A DNA stretch of 27,110 nucleotides, from IMG/VR virus record IMGVR_UViG_3300005805_000385, positions 1 to 27,110 of that record, one strand, 5' to 3'. Made by a program: the position numbers and the translations under genes. Below are positions 1 to 9,180 of the stretch, piece by piece. Source of the DNA: a virus (lineage: Duplodnaviria > Caudoviricetes). The number at the start of each line of letters is the position of its first letter. Positions within the stretch are counted from its first letter, which is position 1. The notes beneath the pieces were generated by a model, which was not told where the DNA came from, ran no database searches, and saw only the letters and a list, made by a program, of their open reading frames with translations.

Positions 1-962
1 ATCACATACTTGGTCTTGATCCCCGGATACTTTCGTCGTTCTTTCCACGACCCCAAAATGGATTTCGCACGGATTGTCTGGCGATTCTTGAGGTAGGTTG
101 CTTCGTCACACACCAACAAATCAAACCCTTGGTCACGAAGATGGTGATTGTTCTTTGCCACTGCATCGTAATGGGTAATGTGGAACTGGCTATCCAACCT
201 TCCATCATAGAATTTACTATCCCATACGGTAGATGGTTTTCCCGTAAACTTTTTGATTTCCCGTTGCCAATTCACAACTACGGATAGCGGACAGACGATG
301 AGCGTTTTGAGATTATGGAGTTGAGCATAGGCAATCGCCTGTGCGGTCTTCCCCAAGCCGGGTGCGTCTGCAATCAAACACCTACCACCTGCACGATCCA
401 CGAATTGTACACCAACACGCTGATAGGGATAGAGATCTAGTTTCATGCCATCAATATCAACTATCGTGTCTTCCTTTTGACGAATCTCATCCAAGTCTTC
501 CCGGCGTTCGTGAAGTTTATTCAGGAGTTTTTCTGCTCCGTCAGAGAGTTTGGCTTGAGGAAAGAGTTTCACCACTTTCGGAAGATGTACCGCAGGAAAT
601 TCCCAATACTTTTCCGTTCCATTCCATTTTCGTCCGTCAATCTCGTACTTGAATTGTTCCAAGAGAAGTTTATTGTAGGGCATGACAATATACGCCGTCT
701 TGGCGTCTTGAAGATCTACTTCAATCGGGCCAGACTGCGCAGGTTTCTCTACGGTAACTTCGGTAGATTTCGCACGGGGAAGGGACAGGTCACTGACATC
801 GTGTCCTGCGAGGGCACGGTGTGCTGCTTCAATCCAGACTTCAGGGAGTGAAGTCGTGACCATCCATTGTAAATACTGAGGGGCTGTACGCCGGACACTT
901 CCCAACGTAAAGCCCTTGTATTTACCCCATGTGAAAATCACTTCGTCAAGTGAAGGATGCAT
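1..962 (-). CDS. SNF2/SMARCAL1-like helicase, 5' part (runs off the window's left edge; absent from the ORF track)
   Basis: Manual translation from the ATG at 962 is open to the window edge: MHPSLDEVIFTWGKYKGFTLGSVRRTAPQYLQW...IVMPYNKLLLEQFKYEIDGRKWNGTEKYWEFP...LYPYQRVGV...LIADAPGLGKT (motif I)...LIVCPLSVVVNWQREI (motif Ia)...FDLLVCDEATYLKN (motif II). It starts 2 nt after the stop of 965..1198. Confidence 0.92.
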   Translation of the reverse strand, partial: MHPSLDEVIFTWGKYKGFTLGSVRRTAPQYLQWMVTTSLPEVWIEAAHRALAGHDVSDLSLPRAKSTEVTVEKPAQSGPIEVDLQDAKTAYIVMPYNKLLLEQFKYEIDGRKWNGTEKYWEFPAVHLPKVVKLFPQAKLSDGAEKLLNKLHERREDLDEIRQKEDTIVDIDGMKLDLYPYQRVGVQFVDRAGGRCLIADAPGLGKTAQAIAYAQLHNLKTLIVCPLSVVVNWQREIKKFTGKPSTVWDSKFYDGRLDSQFHITHYDAVAKNNHHLRDQGFDLLVCDEATYLKNRQTIRAKSILGSWKERRKYPGIKTKYV

Positions 963-964
963 GG

Positions 965-1198
965 TTACTCAGTAGGTTGTTGTTCTTCGTCAGTCTTGAG
1001 ACGGACATAGACCATTCGTTCCATGTCCAATTTCCACCCAAGTTCTGGATCAAGCCGGAGAAGTTGCATCATTTGATGATTTGCCTCTTGAATCTCAATC
1101 AGTAATTGTTCTTGATAATTTTTCAATAACTGATTGTTGGAACGGATCAAGTTTTGAAGGGCAAGAGGAACTGTTAATGTAACCTCATTGATGTTCAT
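965..1198 (-). CDS. hypothetical protein (77 aa, probably helical/coiled-coil)
   Basis: Co-oriented and tightly packed, with AGGA upstream of the ATG. Q/L/E-rich helical composition. Confidence 0.75.
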   Translation of the reverse strand: MNINEVTLTVPLALQNLIRSNNQLLKNYQEQLLIEIQEANHQMMQLLRLDPELGWKLDMERMVYVRLKTDEEQQPTE

Positions 1199-1214
1199 AA
1201 ATATTCCTTATTTA

Positions 1215-2567
1215 TTAAGTTGGGCAGTTGGCACTTATAGTCCTACATGTCACCGCACCAGTAAAGTCTACGCAGCAATATTCACCCACTGGACAGCACA
1301 CGCTTGAGATACCATCACTACATACACCACCACTGTTTGTTCCATTAATTCTTGCAGGACATGTTGGTGTTGGTGTCAAACTTGGTGTACGACTAATACT
1401 TGGTGTGAGACTGACGCTTGGTGTGAGAGTAATACTTGGTGTGAGACTGACGCTTGGTGTCACACTTGGTGTACGACTAATACTTGGTGTGAGAGTAATA
1501 CTTGGTGTCACACTTGGTGTACGACTAATACTTGGTGTCACACTTGGTGTACGGCTGACGCTGATACTAGGTGTAACTGTGATACTTGTAGTTATTGTCG
1601 GAGTTACAGATGGAGTTGTTGTTCTAGTAGGTGTAACGGTTATAGATGGTGTTACGGTAGGTGTAACACTTGGACATCCTGTTGGGGTTCCTTGATCAAT
1701 TCCGTTAATATACCGTTGTACAACATTATTGATAAGAGCCCAACCAGTAAATGTAGTAGTACATGTGAGATCCCCTGACAATGGATTCGTGTAAAGTATC
1801 GTTGGTGAATCACACGTATTTGTTGTAAATCTGGCAGATAACGCCGCAGTACATGGTTCCGTATTATTGACACTACTGGTAGCATATGTCCCCTGTAACT
1901 TACACAAACATTGGGTTGGTGTTGGTGTCAATGTAGGTGTTGGAGAAACCGTTGCAGTGACAGAAGGAGTTCTTGTTGGCGTTATAGTTATTGATGGAGT
2001 GACGCTTGGAGTTCTGGTTGGGGTTACTGAAGGACTCCCAGCGCGGGTTGGTGTAACAGATGGCGTTGTGGTTGTGGTCGGTGTAACTGAAATAGTTGGT
2101 GTTCTGGTTGGAGTGGTGGTAATGGTTGGTGTAACTGTTGCAGTCGGAGTACGTGTTGGGCTACTGGTTATTGAAGGTGTAATGGATACCGTTTGTGTTA
2201 CAGTCGGAGTTATTGTAACTGTTCTCGTAGGTGTAACCGTAGGTGTAACCGTTGTACTTGGTGTAACAGTTGGTGTAATCGTGCTAGTAGGTGTAATAGT
2301 AGGAGTTGGCGTGGGTGTAGGTACCGCATAACACAAAAAGTAATTTCTTCCTCCAACCGGAGATCCAATTTTAGTATAATCAACTTGTTCGTAATTTGCA
2401 GGACAACCTGATAATGGTTTTCCTGGAGTACCGGGAGGTGATTTTTCCGCAATCAACGCATACGAAGCAGTATATGTTGCATTTGGTGCAGCAACAAACG
2501 TTGCACGACTTGCACTAACTGCATACGAACTAGTTGATGGAATACCGAATGGAAAAAAAATACTCAC
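1215..2567 (-). CDS. mucin-like Thr/Pro/Ser-repeat protein with Cys-rich domains (putative virion appendage)
   Basis: GTG start 7 nt after AAGGAG. Two long TP[ST] repeat tracts alternate with segments carrying 2, 6 and 8 Cys. The N-terminus FFPFGIPSTSSYA is shared with the two upstream small ORFs. Confidence 0.85.
   Translation of the reverse strand: MSIFFPFGIPSTSSYAVSASRATFVAAPNATYTASYALIAEKSPPGTPGKPLSGCPANYEQVDYTKIGSPVGGRNYFLCYAVPTPTPTPTITPTSTITPTVTPSTTVTPTVTPTRTVTITPTVTQTVSITPSITSSPTRTPTATVTPTITTTPTRTPTISVTPTTTTTPSVTPTRAGSPSVTPTRTPSVTPSITITPTRTPSVTATVSPTPTLTPTPTQCLCKLQGTYATSSVNNTEPCTAALSARFTTNTCDSPTILYTNPLSGDLTCTTTFTGWALINNVVQRYINGIDQGTPTGCPSVTPTVTPSITVTPTRTTTPSVTPTITTSITVTPSISVSRTPSVTPSISRTPSVTPSITLTPSISRTPSVTPSVSLTPSITLTPSVSLTPSISRTPSLTPTPTCPARINGTNSGGVCSDGISSVCCPVGEYCCVDFTGAVTCRTISANCPT
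1365..1675. repeat. coding tandem repeats (12/18-bp units encoding TPSV, TPSISR, TPSITL, TPSVSL)
   Basis: Recurrent ACTTGGTGT/GCTTGGTGT core, e.g. acttggtgtacgactaat repeated. The units are in-frame low-complexity peptide repeats. Confidence 0.9.
1912..2325. repeat. degenerate coding Thr/Pro repeat tract
   Basis: Encodes PTPTPTPTITPTSTITPTVTPS...; more degenerate at DNA level than 1365-1675. Confidence 0.85.
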
Positions 2568-2578
2568 AGCATAACTCC

Positions 2579-2761
2579 TTAGGAAACCGATCCTGAAATA
2601 GTGATTCCATCGCTACCCGATGGCCCCAACGGTAAAAGTGCAAACAATGCCACCGATGCACTATTCGGCAATCCCCCGGTGGGAGTCTGTAACGCAAAAC
2701 TTGCGGTTGCTGCAAATGAACTACTAAAAGGAATTCCAAGTGGAACAAATTGTATGCTCAT
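2579..2761 (-). CDS. small protein, paralog of the N-terminus of the mucin-like protein
   Basis: MSIQFVPLGIPFSSSFAATASFA...GPSGSDG aligns with MSIFFPFGIPSTSSYAVSAS...PPGTPG. Confidence 0.75.
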   Translation of the reverse strand: MSIQFVPLGIPFSSSFAATASFALQTPTGGLPNSASVALFALLPLGPSGSDGITISGSVS

Positions 2762-2791
2762 ACGTTACTATCTCGTAGAAAAATCAATCGT

Positions 2792-3034
2792 TTAGTTCAG
2801 TGTAAGATAACAATTTTCTATTTTCGCCGGGTCTAACAACATTGCTTGATAGTCCTCGTAACTAATCAAACACACACCTTTGCCCCGAGAACCTGACACA
2901 AATTGTAAGACTGTTTGTGCCGTAGAGGCAGTTGGTACACTGACAATTAACGATGCGCTTGTGGCTGATGAGGCGGTGACTGCATAAGATGCCGTATAGA
3001 ACGAACCAGAGCCAAACGGGTATACTTTTAACAT
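2792..3034 (-). CDS. small protein, same family (YPFG...TASYA)
   Basis: MLKVYPFGSGSFYTASYAVTASSA...GSRGKG; co-oriented and tightly packed. Confidence 0.75.
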   Translation of the reverse strand: MLKVYPFGSGSFYTASYAVTASSATSASLIVSVPTASTAQTVLQFVSGSRGKGVCLISYEDYQAMLLDPAKIENCYLTLN

Positions 3035-3043
3035 ATTAAGCTA

Positions 3044-3928
3044 TTAATCCTCAAATGTATAAACATGTAAAGATGCGGTGACTTGCGTTGCTACATTACT
3101 TTTGTTTTCAATAATATAGTACAACTCATTATTACCTGCTACCAACTCTCTATTGAGTCGCAGGGGAATTAAATCAGTTCCCATGTTTTGTAAATTTGCA
3201 CCTACAATTTTTGGAACAAAATATGTTGTTTGACTACCAGAAATAAATGCATCAACTATTAACGATATAGATGAAGTTGGTTCTTGTTCAAAATTTCTTG
3301 CCCTTTCACCCGCATTGAGTAATGGCGAAGAATCACTATATAATCTCAATCGTACAACATTGTTTGTTCCCGAGACAGACGCACTCACCAATAAGTATGT
3401 TTGAGGTATTGCTGAATTATTTCCTAACGTACCGCTTGCGGCTCCATTTATTGCTAAACTGGATGTTTGGATCGTGAATGATCTTCTGTTACTTATGTTA
3501 TACGTGGAATTGGTAGATGCCGGTACGTTTGAATCTTCTATCAAATATCTAGTAATTTGTATTTCTGGAGGGGTGGTTGCATTGTCAACCCGATAGTATG
3601 ATAATCCAGTTGAACTATTTTGTACCAATCCATACAAGATTGGATCAACACTGTATGGAGTCCCTGCAAGACTCATAGTGAAGTCACCGACTAACGCAAC
3701 GGAAGAAGAAATATTCAAATTACCGAACGAACGACTTGCTTCTCCTACATTTTCTAAACTATCAGCAGTGTCGTACAGACGAAATCTGCATGGTACATTG
3801 GTTCTGATGTTTAATAGTGCATATCCAATACCCAAATTAACCGAACCAGATTTTTGACTGTCGGTTATCAACGTAATCGTTGATCTTTCAAGACTTGCGC
3901 CCGCACGAATTTGTTCAGCTAGACCCAT
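3044..3928 (-). CDS. hypothetical beta-rich putative virion protein with internal duplication
   Basis: Two similar halves: YALLN..CRFRLYDTADSLENVGEASRSF..LVGD and YLLVS..VRLRLYSDSSPLLNAGERARNF..LIVD. Preceded by the GATATTTATA motif. Confidence 0.75.
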   Translation of the reverse strand: MGLAEQIRAGASLERSTITLITDSQKSGSVNLGIGYALLNIRTNVPCRFRLYDTADSLENVGEASRSFGNLNISSSVALVGDFTMSLAGTPYSVDPILYGLVQNSSTGLSYYRVDNATTPPEIQITRYLIEDSNVPASTNSTYNISNRRSFTIQTSSLAINGAASGTLGNNSAIPQTYLLVSASVSGTNNVVRLRLYSDSSPLLNAGERARNFEQEPTSSISLIVDAFISGSQTTYFVPKIVGANLQNMGTDLIPLRLNRELVAGNNELYYIIENKSNVATQVTASLHVYTFED

Positions 3929-3953
3929 AAGTTCATCAATTAAAAGGTACTTA

Positions 3954-3963
3954 TATAAATATC
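3954..3963 (-). promoter_or_regulatory. GATATTTATA motif (putative phage late promoter element)
   Basis: Identical 10-mer at three intergenic sites, each ending 26-27 nt from the downstream start codon. Confidence 0.6.
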
Positions 3964-3969
3964 GTTGAA

Positions 3970-5775
3970 TTAATTTTCCCTACGAGTTTCGGGACTGTAA
4001 TGTGCAATTCTGTTGTGATTAATAGGTGCCGCTAAGAGTACTGCCGGGTTGATATTCCTCTTCAATGTTTCTTGAAACATATAGCTCATCCAAGTCTGTT
4101 CAAACGGATTCTCCCAGTTGGTTTCCAAAAACATTTTATAATTACCCTTTTTATTTACAATCATGGGCCAATTAGCATAGTAAATTTCACCCGTAATATA
4201 CGATAATTCTTCAAATACATCTATCTTGTCAAATTTGGTACGGGGAGCGTATGGGTCAATTCCCTGAACTGGCAACTGATCATAGTCAGGCCATAAATTT
4301 GTTCTGACAACCTGTGGAACGTTATACCAAGAAACCTGTATGTTGTTGTCCATGTACACTTCCGTATACGATAATTTTACGAAGTCAAATTCTTCTTTGG
4401 CTATGATTTGATGTACTTTCCCGTATAAGTTAGGAACGTAATGCCTAAATCCATTACGACAATATCCTTTGTTATTTGGGTCGTGTAGACACATATCATC
4501 TTCAAAAAAGAAATAATAATCACTATTACTTTCTTGAAAATGCTTTGCCGCATACAATCGGCCACGATTGATACCCAAATTTTCACCCGTCACAATATGT
4601 TCAAATCCATATCGTTGACAAATTGCTTCATAATCAGCAACAACTCCATTGTCCTGAGAATTGTTAATCAACACCTTTCGTGGTTTTTGTAACCACTCTG
4701 GGTGTTTTTCAAAACTATCAATCAACGTTTGAAATTGATGTGGGAAGTTAAAACTTAACACATATAAAGATGTTTTGTCAACCGTTTCATTGTATATACC
4801 CTTAGGTAGTACATGCAACCGTTCTCCGACATTTTCTAACTGTACCGTATTGTCATTCAATGCTTGTACAAATTTGATTATCAAACCATTGGCATCTAAC
4901 GCATATCTCCGATATATATGTGGTTCAAGATGAGCCATAATACTGAAAACACTTTCCTCAGTGCCCATATATCCTTCTGAGAGCGTTTGTGTTAGCAATG
5001 TGTAATATAGTGCGTTTGCTTGTGAAATAAAATCTTTGTGACCACCAAACAAACCACCCCGACACACATATTTGACTTCTTGACGGGAAAATCTGTTGAT
5101 GGCTTTAAAGTTAAACCCATGTATCTCGCTATTAGCTTCATAAGGATAACTTAAGAATAAAAATGTTTTTAGAAAAGGAATAATTTTTTCCAAACAATTG
5201 TGTTCAGTAAAATATTTCTCATAGACCGTATTTGTGATACCTGCATCTAACCAAATAAAATAATTAGTGTCAAAAGGATTGAGTACCTTTGCATCGTGCA
5301 ACATAAACATCTTGGATTGTACAATAGGATTGTACCATTCATTGACTGCTTGTGGGCTGGACATTAACCATCCGTGTTCACCAGTTTGTTGTGTCCACGT
5401 TGGATCTTGTCTAATTTGTTGTGTTTTATCCCAGAATGGGGCATATAGATTATTTTTGAGATCGTCAAGTTCAGTGACTCTTACACTAGTATTGTGCCGG
5501 CTCCGATGTTCCCATACAAACGATTCAAGTTCGGCAGGAACATAAATAAACATCTTAACAGGAATTTCCAAAAATTTTCTAAAATGTTCAAGATAATGTT
5601 CAAATGAACGACCTGTACGGGCGATGTTCCACAATCCCGTCACAACGGTTAAATCGGTATCACAGATTGTATTTCTTAATGCTATTTCTTTTTGCGTTTC
5701 TTGTAACGCATTTATTATAGATGCAAGATCTGTTTCTTGTAATAAACTTTCTAAAATTTCTTTTTTCATAGGCAT
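3970..5775 (-). CDS. HtrL/YibB (WlaTC-like) domain fused to a C-terminal GT2/GT-A domain
   Basis: N-terminal half: TVVTGLWNI..Y..HF..FL, YNPIVQSKMFML..A...NPFDTNYFIWLDAG, GGLFGG, MGTEES, typical of HtrL_YibB. C-terminal half: NLGINRGR..DYYFFFEDD, a GT-A acidic motif. Confidence 0.75.
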   Translation of the reverse strand: MPMKKEILESLLQETDLASIINALQETQKEIALRNTICDTDLTVVTGLWNIARTGRSFEHYLEHFRKFLEIPVKMFIYVPAELESFVWEHRSRHNTSVRVTELDDLKNNLYAPFWDKTQQIRQDPTWTQQTGEHGWLMSSPQAVNEWYNPIVQSKMFMLHDAKVLNPFDTNYFIWLDAGITNTVYEKYFTEHNCLEKIIPFLKTFLFLSYPYEANSEIHGFNFKAINRFSRQEVKYVCRGGLFGGHKDFISQANALYYTLLTQTLSEGYMGTEESVFSIMAHLEPHIYRRYALDANGLIIKFVQALNDNTVQLENVGERLHVLPKGIYNETVDKTSLYVLSFNFPHQFQTLIDSFEKHPEWLQKPRKVLINNSQDNGVVADYEAICQRYGFEHIVTGENLGINRGRLYAAKHFQESNSDYYFFFEDDMCLHDPNNKGYCRNGFRHYVPNLYGKVHQIIAKEEFDFVKLSYTEVYMDNNIQVSWYNVPQVVRTNLWPDYDQLPVQGIDPYAPRTKFDKIDVFEELSYITGEIYYANWPMIVNKKGNYKMFLETNWENPFEQTWMSYMFQETLKRNINPAVLLAAPINHNRIAHYSPETRREN

Positions 5776-5780
5776 AGTTG

Positions 5781-6515
5781 TTAAAGTGAATTAACCCAAT
5801 ACAAATCAATATCAGGAACGTCATGTTTGTTACTGATATCCAATCCAGTCACGGGGAATATTCCTCGCTCGTATTCATAATTCTGTACCAAATTTTTATT
5901 GATGAAACACAGTTCCATCACGTGTGGAAAATCCTTGATTTCTATTCCACGAATACCCGTCTTACTCAGATTGAGGGTAAACGTATTACCCCACGAATTT
6001 GCGTGAATGTGATACAACAATAGATCACCAAAGTTATTTTGAATTAGATCGGTCAGTTTATCTTGGTTTTGCGATACATGAAGATCATGTACTTCAAGAA
6101 TTAATCCCGTGACATTATTAAGTCTGATGTTATCAAACATCCTGTATTCAGCACCTTCAGTATCTACCTTTAATAGTACATTGGGTTTGTCGTCTACGAT
6201 CACATTGATTGGAATACACGACTCTTCGTATCCAACATTCTGTTTGGTGTAAAAAATTTTCTTGTTAAGGTGTTCGTGGTACAGGGAACACATTCCTTGA
6301 CACGGATACGTACCATCATACATTTCAATTGCGGTGTGATATCGGCTGAACCAATCCCGTTCAAATCCGTCATCACCTCCCATACCGATTGAAATCAATT
6401 TCTTGGTGTGGTGAGTTAATAATTCATTAACAATGTATCCCCCATCTCGTTCATTACCGATACGGAGTTTAGGAGAATTTACATTGTATGTCCGAAACGC
6501 TTCTATAATATTCAT
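5781..6515 (-). CDS. FkbM/Methyltransf_22-like SAM-dependent methyltransferase
   Basis: RIGNERDGGY, ISIGMG..D.GFE, LLKVDTEGAEY, LILEVH and HIHANS motifs. Confidence 0.8.
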   Translation of the reverse strand: MNIIEAFRTYNVNSPKLRIGNERDGGYIVNELLTHHTKKLISIGMGGDDGFERDWFSRYHTAIEMYDGTYPCQGMCSLYHEHLNKKIFYTKQNVGYEESCIPINVIVDDKPNVLLKVDTEGAEYRMFDNIRLNNVTGLILEVHDLHVSQNQDKLTDLIQNNFGDLLLYHIHANSWGNTFTLNLSKTGIRGIEIKDFPHVMELCFINKNLVQNYEYERGIFPVTGLDISNKHDVPDIDLYWVNSL

Positions 6516-6520
6516 AGAGT

Positions 6521-8215
6521 TTACCTCTCCAAATAACCCAGTTTATACCATTCGTTTGCAACCACATCACCAGATTGAATCACTTCTTCACTCCGTCTGA
6601 ACACATTACATCCTACGCCATCTACTTCCAAAGGTACGTGACCAATGACAGGGAACGATTCCACCCGTGGAGTAAAGTCCGTACATGTTTCACACTTCAG
6701 TACCATCTTCCTGATATTTTTATATCCCAAGTATGCTGAAATAGCAACATCATCGTTCCAGTGAGAAAATGCAAATTCATCAAATTCTTCCGTAAAGAAT
6801 TTACGACGATATGAAATTGTTTTATATCCTTCAAGAATACGAACTCGTACGTCTTCTGGTTGTGTACTAGCAAAGTGATATCGTCCAATCATATTGTCTT
6901 CAATTGATGTAATCCCGGCAAATCCAATCGCACAGTCAGGGTATTTCTTTGTTCCCTCTAAATGTGCTAGAATGAACCCATCATTATAAAACAAATCATC
7001 GTCTACAGTAATGATCAACTGATTGGGATCTGTAATTCTTTGAATAGTTGGATATAATTTTGTTACCGGCCCAAAATCTGGCGTTCTGAATATTTTCAAA
7101 TGTGGATATTGTTGTTGCCATTTACCCAACCAATCTGGTATCGTAATCCTCTGGAAATGGTACGAGTATGGAATATTTAGATGTACTTCATACGTAATAT
7201 TAGTTTGTTCCAAAATTGTTTTTAATGCAGGTTGTATTCCAAAATATTCACCAGAACGACCAAACAATCGTTTTGGAACTGTTGATAATGATACGATTAC
7301 GTTTTCGTTTAATTGTTGTGATTGCATGGTTATCGGAGCTGGTTGGGGGGTGTGTGTAGTCGTTTGTTGTATGATAAACGGCGGTCTTTCTTGCATCCCC
7401 TCGGCAAACTTTGGATTACTCCAAATATCCCCGTTCTGTGACGGATCACTTCTATACTTTCCACACCCGCCTGATCCGTTAACTGGTAACATTTTTGCAA
7501 TCGGGAAACTGTTTGCTCCCCGACCATCTTGATTAACAGGACGCCAATCCGTTTCCAAATCATATCTGGCACATAGATAATAAAAATTATGTGTCCATCC
7601 ATAATACGCCATTTGAATGTCGTTGTTCCATGTCATTGACAAGAAGTCGGGATCAAAAATATCATCTTGTAAGAATTTTCTACGATATGACACACTATGC
7701 CAATGATCAGGGAATTGAAGATAAATGTCTCTATCGGTAGGAAAATACACATGTGTCTGATAGAAATTTGCAAACGTATTTCCGTTTTCTGTCCATTTAC
7801 GCATTTCCATTGGACGATTACCACGGAAACAAATACAATGATTATCAGGATATTGCTGAAGTTTTTGTAAATGGAAAGAAATCATTGAGGGATGATATAA
7901 ATGATCATCGTCACATACAATGATAATATCTTCTGGATCAAGGGTAAGATGTTTGATCGGATAGAGTAAATTGACGATTGGGCCATAATCAATTTCATCA
8001 CGTAATACAATTAATTTATCACTGTGTGACGATATAAACTCTGACAACCACGTAGGTATTTCTGCCGAATCATAGTTCTTATAGTGTAATGGAATATTCA
8101 AGATAATTTTATATGGTTCTGACGTATCTTGGGTAAGCAATCCTTCCAAGAATTCTGTATAAACTTCTTGCGTTACCATCCGGTCAGGAACCGTTGTAAA
8201 CGAAACATAGATCAT
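6521..8215 (-). CDS. tandem two-domain GT-A glycosyltransferase
   Basis: Duplicated domain: VSFTTVPDR..LNIP..DYGP...IIVCDDDHLY..WNND and VSLSTVPKR..LNIP..DFGPVTKL..ITVDDDLFY..WNDD, joined by a Q/T/P linker. Confidence 0.8.
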   Translation of the reverse strand: MIYVSFTTVPDRMVTQEVYTEFLEGLLTQDTSEPYKIILNIPLHYKNYDSAEIPTWLSEFISSHSDKLIVLRDEIDYGPIVNLLYPIKHLTLDPEDIIIVCDDDHLYHPSMISFHLQKLQQYPDNHCICFRGNRPMEMRKWTENGNTFANFYQTHVYFPTDRDIYLQFPDHWHSVSYRRKFLQDDIFDPDFLSMTWNNDIQMAYYGWTHNFYYLCARYDLETDWRPVNQDGRGANSFPIAKMLPVNGSGGCGKYRSDPSQNGDIWSNPKFAEGMQERPPFIIQQTTTHTPQPAPITMQSQQLNENVIVSLSTVPKRLFGRSGEYFGIQPALKTILEQTNITYEVHLNIPYSYHFQRITIPDWLGKWQQQYPHLKIFRTPDFGPVTKLYPTIQRITDPNQLIITVDDDLFYNDGFILAHLEGTKKYPDCAIGFAGITSIEDNMIGRYHFASTQPEDVRVRILEGYKTISYRRKFFTEEFDEFAFSHWNDDVAISAYLGYKNIRKMVLKCETCTDFTPRVESFPVIGHVPLEVDGVGCNVFRRSEEVIQSGDVVANEWYKLGYLER

Positions 8216-8229
8216 ATAACTTTCCTATT

Positions 8230-9180
8230 TCAAAATAATTTGTACAAATCAACTATCTTTAGATATAATTTTACAGCGGAAGTCAATGTTGCATTTTCTT
8301 CGTACCATTTTCTTCCATTCGTAGAAAGATAATGAACCAGTTCTGGATTATGTTTGAGTTGTTCAAATTTATCAATATACGCATCTGCTAATAATTTATA
8401 ATTACTTAAATCATCACATTCAACTTTGGCGTAATGATAATCTGGTATCAACCTATCGTGGTATTGGATTGTTAACTCTGGTCGGATTAGTGCCGTTTGT
8501 AATCCCAAACACTCAACGGTTCTACAAGAAATTTCGGCCACACTATTTAGATCTATGTTAATTGCATTTTGTGCAAGTTCACTCATAAAATCAACAGGAG
8601 AGAGTCTGTTTTGACCATGTTCAGTTGAAATAAAATTAAATCGTTTATCATTATTGTAAACCCATCTACGAAATAAGTACGGAGTTCCTCTGAACAATGG
8701 CTTTTCTGGACTTTTCTTACTGTGCTTGTATAATGTTTCAATTATATCGTGGCCGCTTTTATAGTAAGAAAGTATGGTATTTGGTATGTAATTAATGTGT
8801 GGATGTTTTTTGTAAGATAAATTATCCTGTTGTATTCCAACGTGTGGAAAAAATCCCATACAATTTTCTAAATCCCATCCATTGTGCGTACCCACACTTG
8901 CGTTATTGTCTAGATAAGATATAATAAAATATTTTCCGTTACTTGGATTTTCTATTGTTATCGTTCCAGTTCCATATTTACATTCCGAACAAGTTTTTCC
9001 CCAATTTGCTATTGGATTGATTTTTATATCAGTATACTTTTTCTGAAACGCTCTGAATAATTCAACATTTAAAAAGTGATACATATAGTCTGTTTTATTG
9101 TCACCTGTACCGTCTATCAGTTGTTGTTCAGTACATCCGTGAAATTCAATATGTATATTAAGTTCCCTAACGTCCATCAT
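8230..9180 (-). CDS. putative GT-B glycosyltransferase (GT90/CAP10- or Glyco_trans_1_2-like C-terminus)
   Basis: LFRG, ISCRTVECLGL, LIPDYHY and LSTNGRKWYEEN resemble GT-B C-terminal domains. ATGA overlap with the upstream gene. Confidence 0.6.
   Translation of the reverse strand: MMDVRELNIHIEFHGCTEQQLIDGTGDNKTDYMYHFLNVELFRAFQKKYTDIKINPIANWGKTCSECKYGTGTITIENPSNGKYFIISYLDNNASVGTHNGWDLENCMGFFPHVGIQQDNLSYKKHPHINYIPNTILSYYKSGHDIIETLYKHSKKSPEKPLFRGTPYLFRRWVYNNDKRFNFISTEHGQNRLSPVDFMSELAQNAINIDLNSVAEISCRTVECLGLQTALIRPELTIQYHDRLIPDYHYAKVECDDLSNYKLLADAYIDKFEQLKHNPELVHYLSTNGRKWYEENATLTSAVKLYLKIVDLYKLF

Noticed and set aside
2-208. 68-aa minus-strand ORF, and the plus-strand ORFs 341..652 and 477..851
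   Set aside because: They are alternative-frame or antisense shadows of the SNF2 helicase, whose frame carries clear motifs.
1365-1675. Possible CRISPR array or non-coding repeat
   Set aside because: The units are 12/18 bp, in frame and lack unique spacers, and no cas genes are visible.
1228-2331. Plus-strand Val/Gly-rich ORFs (also 24206..24604) that look like membrane proteins
   Set aside because: They are the antisense reading of Thr/Pro codon repeats, with no independent support.
2553-2560. A8 homopolymer just after the start of the mucin-like gene as a phase-variation switch
   Set aside because: It is a short run encoding Ile-Phe-Phe in an intact frame within AT-rich DNA; there is no evidence without reads.
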